NCBI RefSeq assembly: GCF_001194135.2
Contig: NC_068984.1
Location: 23,775,831 to 23,839,830 of the forward strand
Length of the DNA: 64,000 bases
From: Octopus bimaculoides
Taxonomy: Eukaryota
Direction of reading: 5' to 3'
Shown: one piece after another, positions 63,825-64,000 of the stretch
Layout of the letters: the number at the start of each line of letters is the position of its first letter
How positions within the stretch are numbered: the first letter of the stretch is position 1
Notes under the pieces: generated by a model
Told to the model about the DNA's origin: nothing
Database searches by the model: none
What the model saw: the letters and a program-made list of their open reading frames with translations, nothing else
Program-made: the position numbers and the translations under genes

Positions 63825-64000
63825 TCATGACACATTGTCGTAATAATATTTGAAGGACAAAAATATTAACAAGCCATTTTCTGGACACTTCTTTGAACTC
63901 TTAAAAATATTTAGAAAAGGCAAGAAAAAAAAACAATGATCAACAAAAAAGACGAAACAAAAAAAAATTCAATTATGAATACATAGAAATTTCACGTCGA

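Overview
Eukaryotic, AT-rich, microsatellite-saturated intergenic or intronic DNA from a draft assembly. About 14 N-gaps are present, almost all bordered by simple repeats. The repeat content (CORE-domain and Nin/Deu-domain tRNA-derived SINEs, K02A2.6-type Ty3/Gypsy) points to an octopus genome; this is an inference. I can support no intact host protein-coding gene, rRNA, true tRNA or CRISPR array. Most ORFs in the track are microsatellite, gap or repeat artefacts. The real coding remnants are all decayed transposons: a 3'-truncated Ty3/Gypsy element (7.6-11.6 kb), a hAT/Buster transposase fossil (26.2-27.8 kb, minus), RTE, CR1-like and Dong/R4-like LINE fragments, and a mariner fragment. The window also holds hAT and mariner MITEs and over 25 SINE copies. 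The most interesting features are: two Penelope-type minimal hammerhead ribozyme motifs with palindromic helix III (15.9 kb minus, 56.9 kb plus); a 110-bp loopless palindrome (3242-3351); a 138-bp inverted duplication (136/138 identical) that includes unique flank and bounds a 3.6-kb block; two hAT MITEs separated only by one 8-bp target site; and elements associated with (TAA)n repeats. I found no convincing new multi-gene system.
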